This document shows, piece by piece, positions 26,793 through 42,554 of a stretch of 64,000 nucleotides of DNA. The stretch comes from Chrysomallon squamiferum (taxonomy: Eukaryota; Animalia; Mollusca), in the NCBI GenBank assembly GCA_012295275.1, contig CM022679.1:27962001-28026000 (forward strand), given 5' to 3'. A program made the translations under genes and the position numbers. Position 1 is the first letter of the stretch. Every line of letters starts with the position of its first letter. The notes under the pieces are model-generated. The model made no database searches, was not told the DNA's origin, and saw only the letters and a list, made by a program, of their open reading frames with translations.

Positions 26793-26954
26793 TGTGTGAC
26801 GTCATTGTTTTCACCTGAACCCATCACTGTGCTGTGACGTCATTGTTTTCACCTGAACCCATCACTGTGCTGTGACGTCACTGTTTTCACCTGAACCCAT
26901 CACTGTGCTGTGACGTCACCGTTTCCTCCTGAACCCATCACTGTGCTGTGACGT
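26793..26954. repeat. 38-bp tandem repeat, 4.3 copies, each full unit carrying a CRE palindrome
   Basis: Unit TGTGACGTCATTGTTTTCACCTGAACCCATCACTGTGC; TGACGTCA at 26797, 26835, 26873 and 26911. Confidence 0.95.
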
Positions 26955-27984
26955 TTTAATTTTATTATTTTCTCTTTTTCCTTCAACTTGCTTTTCTTTT
27001 TTTTTGTTATTTCTTTTATTCTTCGTTTCTTTCTTTTCTCTTCTTTTTTCTTTTCATTCTTTATTTCTGTACTTCATTATTTCTCCTTCTTTTATTCTTT
27101 CCCTCCTTCTTGCTTTTATTCAACATTTCTTTCTTTCCATCCTTTGTTTCTTCCTGGTTCATTATTTTATTCGTTTTTTCATTTCTTTCTTTTATTTGTC
27201 AATCTCGGATCATGGCTCAATAATAAATGGCATCAGAAATTGAATTTAGTATCCCACTAGTACTAACGCAATCTACATAATTAATTATAATACTATCTAT
27301 AAGTATGTTTTGTAATCTACATAATTAATTATGTGTGTACAGACTGGTCTGTGATTTCCCTAAACACTCACAGATCTGAGACTCACTTTCCCTTCATCTG
27401 CAGCTTACCCAGTCTGTGTATTCATCCATTTACCGATCTAAATAGTTGCTCTGTGAAATTATGAAAACTTGGAATTTTCAAATATTATGCTATCTTTGAA
27501 ATGCCATGAAGTTCATGTAACTTTATATATTCTCGTAAATTTTATCGTTATATATAAAAAACGAATTCCAGTTTTTAATGTGAAAAATCATTGATGCCAG
27601 TAGACAACGAGTGCACGCCGCCCCGGTGCTTTTTCCATAATGACAACACGCTAAACAAACGAGGCAAGCAAAATATCTGTCAGATAATCATCCAGTTAAA
27701 AACAATATTTTCTATGTAATTTTCAGACGCAGTATTAATTATTTATCGATCAGAATATTATCAGTTTAAGGACGTAGAATATTTTTTATTTTCTTAGTCT
27801 ATCGTTCAAGTCGTTTCACTTGTGAACAAAGGAAGCCAAAGATTAGATAGATTTAAACTATGAATCGTTAAAAACATAAATTTATTTAGCAACAGTTTGA
27901 GAGTACAAGTTTTTATCTGTAGGGGATTTATAATCCAGAAATTTGGTCATGAGCCAGAGAGAGAAGAGAATGTATTGTTGCATG

Positions 27985-28475
27985 TCAGATAATTTATTAT
28001 AGATAAGAGTGTGGTGTTAGTATGTTAGATAATTAATTATAGATAAGAGTGTGGTGTTAGTATGTTAGATAATTAATTATAGATAAGAGTGTATAGTGTT
28101 AGTATGTTAGATAATTATAGATGAGAGTGTGGTGTTAGTATGTTAGATAATTAATTATATATAAGAGTGTATAGTGTTAGTATGTTAGATAATTAATTAT
28201 ATATAAGAGAGTATGGTGTTAGTGTGTTAGATAATTAATTATAGATAAGAGTGTATAGTGTTAGTATGTTAGATAATTAATTATAGATAAGAGTGTGGTG
28301 TTAGTATGTTAGATAATTAATTATAGATAAGAGTGTATAGTGTTAGTATGTTAGATAATTATAGATGAGAGTGTGGTGTTAGTATGTTAGATAATTAATT
28401 ATATATAAGAGAGTATGGTGTTAGTGTGTTAGATAATTAATTATAGATAAGAGTGTATAATGTTAGTATGTTAGA
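27985..28475. repeat. ~40-bp minisatellite, ~12 copies
   Basis: Unit GTGGTGTTAGTATGTTAGATAATTAATTATAGATAAGAGT with 36-42 bp variants. Confidence 0.93.
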
Positions 28476-29278
28476 AGTGACGTCATAACCGTCATACAGT
28501 TTTCCATTTTCTTATTTATATTTTATTCACTTATTCTTTAACTGTTGATAATTTTCATTTGTTCATTCATTTACGCTGCATAGTTAAGTTCACCACATTT
28601 TTTTTTCTAAAGATAAATATTAAATAATCCTGACATGCATATCGCTAACATAAAGTGAAAATACAGCACTGCCTCTCGGTATGTTATTACTGCTCGTATT
28701 TGTTTGAAAACAGATGTTTATTATCATCTCCCTGCAAACAAAACTGATAAAAAAAGAAAAAAAAGAAAAAAGCATTGAGCTTTTTCTGGAACTGGAAAAA
28801 ACATCCATCCTGACACGTCGGGGAACTGATCTGCGACACGTCACGTGCTTCCTGTTCTTGTTGGGCAAACTGTTTAAACTTACGAGTTAATTATTTATAA
28901 ATTGATTCATTCACTGACACTCTCCAGTTCTAAAGCTAAAACGCATGCAGAACTGTAACAAAAGTAAGTGAAAATTTCCGGTGTTCATGACAAGCCAGTA
29001 TGTTCTTGGATAATAGGCTCTGGTACCACGTTTTACAGAAGCATTGAGAGCCGGTACTTTGTAACGGTATTCAATACTGACAGAAAGAAAAAATAGAGAA
29101 AGTTAATTATGTTGTTATTAGATATGCTTTAACTATATAATTTTATTGTATTTGTGAGTTCGGATAATTTCCACATCCCGCTTTCCCGCTGATTCAAAAA
29201 ATATACCACACGACTGAAAAAGATTTAAAATAATGATATTTTTAATTCAGTGTGTAAAATACTGTGGAGAGAGAGGGA

Positions 29279-29388
<110 letters not shown>

Positions 29389-30066
29389 GGTGTTTCTAGG
29401 TAGTAAATAAGAGAGAAAAAAAGACTGGAGAGAACCAGTAAGATGCAAGAATCTGTATAAAAATAAGACACCAGTTTTTCTTTTCTTCAAAGACAGTGAT
29501 ACTGTCCATAACTAATGTGAGAACTTGTGGAGTCAATGTGCGAAATATATTTCGGTTACTTTTAGACATTTATTATTATCATTTATGTTTCATGTGCATA
29601 TATTAAATTTTAGTTTCTTATTAAAAAGTAAGAAAGTAAATACTCTTGCACAAGTATCAAACAGGTTGGTACAGACAAAGTAGTATACAGTATGCTAAAA
29701 AATATGTACATACTTACACAATACTACATGTCACTATATGTAAATTTATTTCTTATTTATTGCATTGAGAGAGATGTATGAAAAAAAATAAACTTTTAAA
29801 AATAATTTTGGATAGTGCTTGGTAACATATTTTTTTTACACACACATACACACACATGTATATATACATACATACATACACACACATACATACATGCATG
29901 CATACATACATACACACACATACATGCATGCATGCATACGCACAAACACACTCACAGGCATACATATATACATATGCAAAAACACACCCTTGCCAATAGC
30001 TAGCAAAAACAAACGCAAACAATACAGAAAAGTAACAATATAAAAAATACTTGATGAGAGTAAATG

Positions 30067-30160
30067 AAAAAAAAAAATGGTAGTCTTCTGTGTTATGGAT
30101 CGATCCTACGACCTTTTGTATCCCAATACGAAAACGCATCTACTCGACCATTTAGTGATT
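30067..30160 (-). pseudogene. tRNA-like relic (tRNA-Pro-like pseudogene or SINE head)
   Basis: Minus strand: TGGTCGAGTAG (A-box-like) ATGCGTTTTCGTATTGGGATACAAAAGGTCGTA GGATCGATCC (B-box-like) ... ACCA then T11. No intact acceptor stem. Confidence 0.45.
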
Positions 30161-30936
30161 AATTTTGTCAATAATTTTGTCCGAAATCATTTCAGTTAGC
30201 CTGGCAATGTGATTAGGTGGCAGGAGATGAAAGAGTTAAATTGTGGCTAATTTTATGCCAAATTTTGATTAATTCATACCATATTCTTTGAAGCTTGTGA
30301 ATGGAGATAATTTGGATGAATTAATAAAATTAGATTCGTGTGGATGCCCTTGTCCGTCAATGCGCGAAAAGCTTCTCCAACGCACGATTACAGCCGAAGT
30401 GGATCACTCGTGTTTCTCCGCTTGGAAGGTCAAGTGTGACGGAAATTAACGACACTGAAAGCGTACTCGTAATACTACACAATGTAACGCATGAAAGTAG
30501 CCTAACCACGGTTCTTTGTGGTCGGTGAAGAGTTTTAGAAAAACGGAAGAGAACAAAATTTATCGAGGTTTTCTTGTCTTTTTTTGTTTTGTTTTTTTTC
30601 TTTGTCCATCTCGCGATAAAATTCAAATCGATCTGCACTACGAATCAGAACGGGAATATTATTTTATCAGTTAATTAATCTTTTGAAAAGTGATTACATT
30701 ATCTGATAACTGGAGTACTGCTGACACTGGCCACATAATCGAGACAGTTAACTTAATGAAGAGAAAGTTTTCAAATTTCCATAACTTGAATCCCGCAGCT
30801 AACGGATTTGTTTTCGGTGCTTGGTGGATTTTTTATGACAGACGTAATCAACAACATGCTTTCCTTTTCGTGATAGATTTTTGTTTTCTTCGTTTGTTTG
30901 TTTGGGGATTTTTTTTTATGTGCGTGTGTTTGTTTG

Positions 30937-30983
<47 letters not shown>

Positions 30984-31132
30984 CTGTTTATTTGTTTTAC
31001 TGATATATATCTACAACAAAATTGTTATTTGTTTTACTTCTTTTAAAAACATATATACATAGGTTATTCAAATAGATGAACATAAGTCAGTATACACACA
31101 CATACATACACACACACATACACATACATACA

Positions 31133-31164
<32 letters not shown>

Positions 31165-31965
31165 TACATACACATACACACATACACATACACACATACA
31201 TACACACACACATACACACACACGCATACATACACATACACACACATACACACACACATACACACACACTGATCAGTGAGGTATGGCTATTAAACCCTGT
31301 TTCTGATCGGCGATTACGAAAAATATCGATCGTATTCGGCTTTGTTCGGAAACCTTGCTTATCATTAATAAGATCAGCCGACTCAATCTACATAAATAAA
31401 ATGGTCTAACTCTGACGTCATCTGAATTGATGCAGGGTTATACGCTTGTCTAAAGTTCGTGGGATTCTGGGATCGATTAATCATTCTGATGATGCGTGCC
31501 TCAGTAATTCAATAGCAAGTACGTTTTTATGTTTTTACTTCCTCACAAAATATCGTGAAGATTAATCTGAGTCACAGACAGGCGTGCACTCACCGAGCCA
31601 CCCACATCTGTCCTGATTAACTTGCATTCTTTTCATTAAAAAAACGTCATATCGTCTTTCTAAGTAGAATTAATCATAACTAATTTGTGAAATACAAAAC
31701 TATGAGGTTGATAGACAGCTTGCGTCCAAATTTTTATTTTATCATTTTGTGTTACGTCTTCAGAAAAGAAATGAGTAATAATAACAAACTCTGTTACCTT
31801 GTTTACTTCTTTCTTTTCCTATTTTTTGTGATTCCTGCTGCTATTTTACAAAGTCTAAATATTTATACGAATATATAGGCATACATACATATATACATAC
31901 AGGCATACACACACACATACATACATACATACATACATACATACATACATACATACATACATACA

Positions 31966-31999
<34 letters not shown>

Positions 32000-32615
32000 C
32001 ATACATACATACACACATACATACATATATACATACATACACATACACACATACACACACTTAAACACATGTGCCACTCTCTAAGACTGCTAAAACATTT
32101 ACACACATGTATCATTGTTATGAGCTGTGAGATGTCTGTGCATACACATCTGTTAACAAGTCAACAAGAAACTCTTGTGTTGTTTATTTATTGTGTTTTT
32201 GTGTTTGTCTTTTGTTTCCTAACGCACCACCTCGTGTTGTTAAATGATACGAGTTTTTATGAATGTACGAACGACTTCTAAATGTCTCTCTGTGCCTACG
32301 TGTATCTGCCTCTCTAGATCCACTACGTCATTCTGACGCTGAATGATTGATTTAATGAAGACTAGAACGAAATAGCCTCAGTTTGACTGCATACGTACTA
32401 CAACTATCGTCTTTTAGTTCGTTTTATGTCCGTCTTTATTATCTTCATTGCCTTCGATTAAAAATAGAGAAGAGAGTATTGTATCGTTTCAGGAAAATTA
32501 ATCGAAAGTCGGATACTGTCAGAGATATGGCTTCAAAGTTTGACGTAATGGTCTTGTTAAAATTCAGGAACTGTATTCATTCGTAAAGTTCAGTATGTTT
32601 CTGAATATTGATATT

Positions 32616-32704
<89 letters not shown>

Positions 32705-33335
32705 AACCTACGATTATGACAGGAAATATAAGAACAAAAGAGAAGAAAAGTAGGCAAAACTGAATGATGCTTTAGCATTATAACAAACTGGGTAGCGACA
32801 CTAAAAGGGTTAATGGACCACGTGATTCCGAGTCAAGCCAGGGCAGCTTTAGTAGGGTAGTAGTCAACAAACAGTTGAAATTCATTTACTTGCCCTCCGA
32901 CCCGACAGCCGACACTCTTTTGAAAGCAGTGACGCCTGGTGGCAGCGAGACAAAGTCAGCGAGCTGTGACTGATGGGATGTCGACTACACAAATAATAAA
33001 CTAAGAAGAAAGTAATCAAGCGTGGAACCTCGTTCTGTAATAGGAATGTCGTGAAAGAGCTGGGTGTAACGACTGACTTCAAGATAAGCGTGACCGAGAA
33101 AGTTTGCCACTGGTTTGCTGGAGTTATTTTTGTAAAACACATGTAGTGAGCGCCGTGCTGGGTCGAAAGAGTGCGGCTCATCATTTACACCGAGACACTG
33201 AAAATGACTTCACGTTCAAACCAGAAAATGTACACATACACACGTACACAGAGAGAGATATAGACACACACACAGACACAGACTGGCACACATACAAACC
33301 ACAAACACAGAGAGAGGAAGAGACACAGATACACC

Positions 33336-33404
<69 letters not shown>

Positions 33405-35176
33405 CATACACATACATACGAACCTGAAATCTTGTTTATAAAATAAATACAACAAATGACTTGTAGAGATTCCATCATCAGAATGAAGACATCAACATTT
33501 AGAAATTTTTCAATCTGCAATAAAATGTTTACAGACCCTAACATCGATCTCATCTCACTATTTCGTTTTGTTCTGTTCTGCGCGTTCTCTTGAATGCTTC
33601 TAAACTTTTATGTAACATGTAAGTCTATCGTGTAAATTTAATGATAGGCCCTACACCTTAATTATACTTGAAAAAAAGCCTGATGCGTCAAAAAAGTGGT
33701 ATCAGAAATCTCCTTTAGGCAGACAACAGTTTTAATGTGGAAGACATTCTACACTGACTGTGTGTCTCTAGTTTTTAATAAGATTTTTAGTACGTGATGT
33801 GTTTGACAAAGTGAAGTAATATTAACACCGTCTTCTCACTTACACGATATTTGTCAGTGCGCAGCCAAGTCGTGCAATCATCCTGCTATCACTAATATCT
33901 GTCTCAGCTAGAGTGCTGATGTGACTTGATGTACCCGTTCTAAACAGTGCTCAGAAGTTTAGCCATGAACAGACACGTAAAGAAATCAGTTACTGTGTTT
34001 TGCTGTTCGTGTGTGCGAGAGTTGTGTGAGTGTGCGCGTTTTTCTCATTTTTCTTCATTTTGGTCTGTTTCTCCATAAGTATAGTGTCATGAATATACGG
34101 ATGTGTGCGTATGTCTGTGTGTCTGTGTGTCTGTGTGTCTATGCATGTATCTATCTATGTATGTATGTATATATGTATGTATATATATGTACGTATATAT
34201 GTATATGTAAATGTATATATACGTATGTGTGTATGTTTGTGCAAATGTATATGTACGTATGTGGTTGCATATATGTAAGCGTACATACAGATATTTTAAT
34301 TAACGATCAGTTTAAATATGTATTGCTAGCTAGCGACCAAAACTAAGTTAAGTTATTATTATTTGACTGTTTTTGTTGTTGTTGTTGTTGTTGCTTGATT
34401 AATATGTTTTCTCTTGAAACTGAAATTTTATGTGCAAAATAAATATTTATAAAGTAGTTTTGTATTTTAGCCAAAAAAACAGACTGACACAGGGACATAC
34501 AGACAAAGAAAATATTAAGTTATAGAAATCACATTCAGTTGAGAACGATAAGAAAGAAGACGTGACTGCCTCGCGTATAACCAGGGAAGAAAACGATAAA
34601 GAAATGTATTCAATAGCAGCAGACAGACAGATAGATGCTCGAACGGATAAAGCGATTAGTGTTAATTCTAGACACAACAAACCTAATTATGTTTACACCA
34701 GGTCATCAACCTCACATCTCAGAAGCGACATCTTCTTCCAAAATTGACTGACCTTTGCGCTGAGCGTTTTAATCGTCTGTACCCCCTCGAGCTTTCCTAA
34801 TGCATAATTAATCCATCGCACCAAGTACCTGGCATATGATGAACGAAAACAAGGTCGTCGTTACCTGATAGCATTCCTGGGGCGTACTTTGTAACAGAGA
34901 CATTAAAACGCGATAAAGTTACGATACCTTGCAATGTTAAACAAATAACCACTGATGTTTTAGTTTACTCGAAATTCTATATTTTCTTCTAAAATATAGT
35001 TACAATGAGATGGAAAGAAACTCTCGCTTCTTTCTTGCGACTCAAACGTGCAAGCATCACGTAAGATTTTCAAACACTATAACCAGCGTTCATGACAGCA
35101 AGAACACTGAGGAAATGAGGCAACTGTCTCATACCGAAATTGACGATTTTTATTATTATTATATATAAATATATAC

Positions 35177-35275
<99 letters not shown>

Positions 35276-36075
35276 AGTTTGCGCCTTTCAAGTTTGTTTG
35301 CCCCTCGTACAAATTGCTATGCCCCGCTCCGCTCGACGATTAAATGTTTTTGTCTCATTTGAAGAAGAGTCTGTCACGACGTTAGTTGTGTCTGTATGCA
35401 GACTATTTTAGAGAATCTGTGTCTCAGTTAACACAAGTAATCCGAGGTCTGATACTAGCCTGTTTGCTCTCTCGTTATTTCAGAAGTAAATAAAAGTATG
35501 TTTAACACATAACTGACATTCAAGTACACAGAGATGTTGTGAACTGAATATATATTTATTTATTTATAAGCTAAAAGGTATATAAAGCCTAAAATAGACT
35601 TTTATTATTATGCTTTTGCCGTATTTTATTTTGCATAACGACCACCTTTAAATACTTCATGTACATAATTACATTGTTCACGTGTTATCATTAAGGGGGG
35701 GGGGCGTCTTGTACATTTTAAAACTGGATTCTTACTGATTATAGGACGGAGGTGACTTCGTGCAGATACATGTCAGAGCACAGAAAAGTCACAACCTATG
35801 CGTTATCTATAAACTGTTCTAATAGACCTTTCCTTTACTCCCATTGGCGTCTCTGTTTTCTTACGTTTTATTTATATAGCAGTTGTAAAGTACATCACAC
35901 ACGTGTCACTGACAGACAGATATCTGTGTGTATGTCTGTGTGTGTGTCTATGTCTGTGTGTGTGCATGTGTGTATATGTGTGTGTCTGTGTGTCAGTGTC
36001 TGCGTGTGTATATGTGTGTGTCTGTGTGTGTGTCTGGGTGTGTCTGCGTGTTGTCTGTGTGTGTATGTGTGTGTA

Positions 36076-36123
<48 letters not shown>

Positions 36124-37166
36124 CATACAAAGCACATTATAACACTGAAAACTCGTCAGATGTAAACAGTTAAAATGTTTCGCTTCGTAACAGATATTCA
36201 CTGAAGAAATTTATGGAATATTTTATAATGATAATGAGATTTGATAATAATAATAATAATAATAATGTCAACAACGATATAAAGAGTAACACCAATACTC
36301 CTACCACCATTACATTACTACAATCCTTTCTACGCACACTATTACTACTTCTACTACTACTACTGAAACGACAACAACAACAACAATTACTACTGGAACT
36401 ACAACTAGTAATAATAATAATAATAATAAGACGAAGAAGAAGAAGAACTGAATAATCAATTGGATAACGAGATCGATTCTTTTCGCCATCTAGACAGTTT
36501 TTTCTCTGCCAGCCTGTCACTGAGTTATAAAAGAAAGCTTGCTGCTAATAAATAACATTCAGTTGCTCTCTAGTACAAAACAAACAGACGAGTTTGACAG
36601 TTGTTAACTTCTGATGTTTAAGTAGGGCCAGGTGTCGTTTAATAAATCATCACAGAACGTGCAGCAGTTTTATATTTTCAAAAATATCTTTTATTGTTTT
36701 ATTCAAATATGTACGCACATCTGTTTGTGTTTATGGACATATATAAATTACAAACGTATGTCGATAAATATATACGTACATTTTACATACATTATAAACA
36801 GATACACACACACATATGTATGTTTGCGTTTATGAATGTATGTATGTTTGCATGTATGTATTTATGTATGTAAGTCAGCACATGCTTAATAAACAACGAA
36901 ACAAACAAAAGAATATCATAAAATATTTCTGGTGTTTCATTATTTATGACAGCGTTTGTGTTTATGTATCTGTGTGTGTATTACTGCGAAAATGTGTTTC
37001 TGTGTTTCTGGGTTTGTATGCGTGTGTGACTTTGAACAAGTGCATCTTTTTGTAGGTATATTTCAGATGCGTTTTAAAAGTGTGTATGTTAGTAAAATTT
37101 TATGTAGCCAAGAATATTCTTGATTCTTAAGTAAGTAAATACTTTATTATTATTATTATTATTATT

Positions 37167-37199
<33 letters not shown>

Positions 37200-37561
37200 A
37201 TTATTATTAAAGGAATTATGAAAAATTACAAAAAAAACCCCACTAAAAACAAGAAGAACGTAAACTGATTAGCTTTCGAGTGACTTTGTATCAGTAAAAC
37301 ATGTTTGTTCTATCTAGCCACGTCTTGATTTTGTTCAGCATTTGAGATTTACAGTTTAACAATCGTTTATTATCACGTACGTAACCTGAATTAACTAAGA
37401 GATCAGAGATAGCGCGCGGCTCTGTCAGTTTCAAAGTCGAAATACCTGACTGGCAGACAGGTGAGATAACAAAACTTTTGTCAGATCATTGACCAAATTC
37501 ACCAGAGCCTGAATAAACGTGGAGAGAGAATATAAATAGATCAGAAATTAGAATAAAGAGA

Positions 37562-38263
<702 letters not shown>

Positions 38264-40539
38264 CGATAAGACCTCAACACATTTAGTAACAGGAGTCTTT
38301 TCGGCTTTATTCAGCCAGTTCAGGTATTTGTATTACAACTGTTAATACTTCGATCTATTGCGTTTAACTTTTATTTATATACATAAACATATATCACAAT
38401 TACTCATCATATTTGTTATCTACATAACAGGTAAATAATTGATTTTGGTAATATGTGTTCACTACAGATAAAGAACTGTACACACATCAAGAATGATCAG
38501 TAACATCTTTCAAAACTGTTGATCAATGATAATTAAGCGTGTCTGTGTAGGCAGAATTCGTTGTTTTGAATCTGATTATGCTACAATTGATCAGTCATTG
38601 ATTATTGATTTCTTTGTTTCCAAACTGTTTAGTTCAATAATAACACGTAGATCATGTTTCAGCAAGGTGAAAAGTTTATCACCAATAAAACTTTCACAAA
38701 GTCGATAATTTTCATCATCAGTATTTATTTTCTTCTTTATTTTTAAGAGTAAAATTAAATATTCATTTTGTTCTGACAGTAATGATATTAATATATTTTA
38801 TATATATATAAAAAAAATGATTTAAATATAATTTTTAATTTCTCTTAATTTTTATTTTGCATGATGACAACACAAGTAAATAAAATGCAATTAATTCTGA
38901 ACATTTCGTGTCTTGTCGTTTACATTCGGAAACATTCTTCACTTGATTTAAGCAGTCGGAATGTTGTTAGCAAATGTTCGGGCTGTTTGTCCTTTGTGAC
39001 AGGACAAAAACATGGTGTACGCCGTCAACGTCGTAACAATGTAACATGCAATGAAAACAACGCTCGTCTTTGCCACGTATCAGCACGAAATTCGTTCAAC
39101 AAAACTAACTCTTCCTGTGTCTTCATCGAACCGTGACAGCAAATGAAGCGCATCCCGGTTGTAGTGCGGTAAATTACAAGTCGTGACTAATGGCGCGTGT
39201 CAGTAAGAAGTCTGGTAAATTAATTCATCACACACACTGTTTGCTTTGTGTTCGCTACGTCAGTTCCTTATGTCTTCCAGTTTGATCGTTAATTTGATCA
39301 TCACCGCGAATGTTAGAGTCGAGATTAATTTTAATAACACGTCTTAGAGTGAAGTTTAGTTTTTTTTCTAAGATATGCAAGATTTCAGTTTGATTAGTAC
39401 TGGGATTAATATTTATGTAATGACAGAGACAAGGTTTGCGAAAATGGATACATGTTTTATCAGTGTTTCACATCTTCGTAATTACAATTTTGGTTTTATT
39501 TTTATTAAATATATTTGCATTCATTATTATTTCTCCTTCTTTCGATCAGTTTTTCTTCCTATCATTTTATGTGTTGTGTTTTTTTTTTTCTTGTTTTTTT
39601 TTTGGGGGGGGTTGGTTGTGGTTTTCCTACTTCTTACTTCTATACTTTCTTAACCTCTTCTTTTTAACCTACTTTTTTTCTCTTCCTTTCTCCACATATT
39701 TACTGTTTTTTTCATTCTTTCCTTTGTCGCTGTTTTCTTTATTTTTTGTTATATTTCAATTTTCCTATTTTTCGTAATCTCTTTTCATTCTTTATCATAA
39801 TTTCATTTCTTGTATTTTTTCATAATCTCTTTTCTTTCTATTTTTCATAATCTCTTTTCTTCAATTCTTCATAATCTCTCCGTTTATTATTTATTTATTT
39901 ATTCATTTTTCATTTGCTCACTTCCTCAGTTTCTTTTGCCTAGCTCACAAATCCACACCAACATTGATTTGTTTTTCTGCAAACTGTTGTTCGATAAGAC
40001 TGGATTTACTCTAAACAGCTTTGATATCTCTGAATATTACATACTCCGCTTCGTTTACGGTTCATTTCACTCGTTCGATGACTATTAGTAGGCGTTTCTC
40101 CTTTTCCTTTCTTTCTTTCTTTCTTTCTTTCTTTTTGTTTTTTTATTTTTATTAAGGCTTCCCGCTTATTCGGGTGATTATTAAAGATAAGATATTTTTG
40201 GTATTCTGAACATTTTTGTTATAGCTTGGCTCTAGACGTAGATTATGCAAGTGATATCGATGCGTTTGTTCTGATATTCAGCTATTTTCGTCCACAGAAA
40301 ATGTTATTTATGTTCTCTTCCAAGAGCAAAGCCACGGAAACGGATGTTTGTGGCATTCAATATTAATAGAATGAAATAGATGTAGAAGTAGTAATAACGA
40401 TGATCGTGATGATGACAATTATGATAATGATAATGATAATAAAAAAAAATAAAATAAAAATAATAATAATAACAACAACAACAATAGTAATTAAAAATAA
40501 TAGTAACAATAATAATAACAAAGACTAATTGTTGAGGTG

Positions 40540-40800
40540 ATTGTAACTCAGTGGTAAAATGATGAATGTGACGTGAACGTTCCAAGGGTTCAGTCCTCTG
40601 TGACGCTCCTCCTGGGCTATTTCCCGTTCAAGCAGAGCTCCCCGGTTATTTTATCAAAGACTGTTCCACTTCAGTTCCTGTAGTATGGACTGACAGTGAG
40701 AAGCAACAATCTGTGCGTGGCGTCAGCTTCGCGATCACGATACCGTGTTCAGTTACAGTCACAGCGCCATGTAATCACCAACTTAAACGTTTCAGTTTTA
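40540..40800 (+). mobile_element. Decayed tRNA-derived SINE
   Basis: A-box-like TAACTCAGTGGTAAA (40544) and B-box-like GGGTTCAGTCC (40586), then GGGCTATTTCCCGTTCAAGCAG...TATCAAAG body. Confidence 0.6.
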
Positions 40801-41146
40801 TCAAAAATATCTTATCTGTTTAATGTGAGAAAAATATAATGAAATCATAACTGATTAAATTTTAAAAATCAACGTTTATTTACATGAAAAAAAAGTGTTA
40901 TACATACACACACACATACATATACACACACACACATACACGCACACTGACGCATGTACACACACATACAGATACACATGCAAATATACACATATATACA
41001 TGTGGACATTCATACATACATACATTCATACATATATACATACATACATACACACATACATACATACATACACACATACATACACAGAGATACATACATA
41101 TATACATATATATATACATACATATATACACACAGATACACACAGA

Positions 41147-41178
<32 letters not shown>

Positions 41179-42053
41179 CACTTTCAAGTAACCATTAACT
41201 GCTCAACGCCATTTTCAGAATACTTTATTTACGTGCACATTCTTACAGAGAAAAAGAGAGATAAAATAAAATAACAATTAAGGCAGGCTATAAAACATAT
41301 AAATCTGTTTGACAAAGGTCCAAAAAATCGAATTAGCATAATGTTTCTTTGACAGTAACATTAAGATATTTGTTGTATGCTTTGTGACAAACCCGCGCTA
41401 AACGCTGTCTCGGCTTTTCAGTTGGTCACTGATGACGTCATTCTCGAGTAGTAGCAGACGGGGAGTGGACCCTCAGAAAATGGCCTGCTGTCAGCCTATA
41501 AATAGATTTCTAAGAATAAATCTTTTTTCGCGATGTTCTACATACGTTTCCACGAATCCTCGCTTTCGAAATTTTATGTTTAATTCAATACATGTATCTC
41601 CAATTTTCTTGCGAAAAAAGTGTAAACGTTGCCTTACAAATTCATCCAAGTAAACTTAGCATTGAGAGACTTTTGTTTTTAATCTGGTTAACAGTATCTG
41701 GACAATTGAGATAATAAAACAATTTATTTTTCTTACTTTCTAGTGTGGTGGGTTTTGGCACTTAAAAGCAACAAAAATATGCTTTTTCTTTATGTTTTGC
41801 TTTGCATGTTTTTTGGGGGGGTGGTTCTTGTTGTTTTTTTTGTTGGTTTTTTTTTTTTTTTTTTTTTTTTTTTTGAATGGGGTCCGTTACTTTGTGAAAA
41901 TAATAATCGAAATAAAAAAAATAATATTCGAAATAAGAAATGTGTTAGCTGTTATTAGTTTTAGGTCATACAATTATATGTGTATTAGACTGATGGGTGG
42001 ACATTATTATTTCTAGACATCATTATTTGTCGTTACAATCACAACTGAAGTAA

Positions 42054-42106
<53 letters not shown>

Positions 42107-42554
42107 AATCAGTTAATAAATTAGTTAATCGATGTACAAATAATAAGGAAATTAATAAAGAAATAAAAAAGAAAGAAAGAAAGAAAACAAAACCAAACAA
42201 AATAATAAGCAGAAAGGATAGACATTTTTTTTTTTATCAGTAGAAATATTATCAATTAGTCACTTCTCGGTTTGAAAAAAAAAGTTGCATTTTATTTATT
42301 CTTTTCAAGAAGAGAGTTCTTTAGATTCACACTTGTCACACATCAAGAGCACTCAAAGAACTGCACTTGAGAAAAGAGGATATTTTTGAATGGTTACAAG
42401 CTGTCACGTACTTGACAGTTATTAATTCAACACATACAGATTACCACACACGCAGTGAAGAAATGTCAGCCATGTTAATTGAGTTACCATGACAATGACA
42501 AATGAATTTTCAAAACTTACATTTTTCGTAAAGTCAGATACTTTCTTATTAATC

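Noticed and set aside
30067-30160. Functional tRNA gene
   Set aside because: Degenerate A/B boxes and no paired acceptor stem; kept only as a relic.
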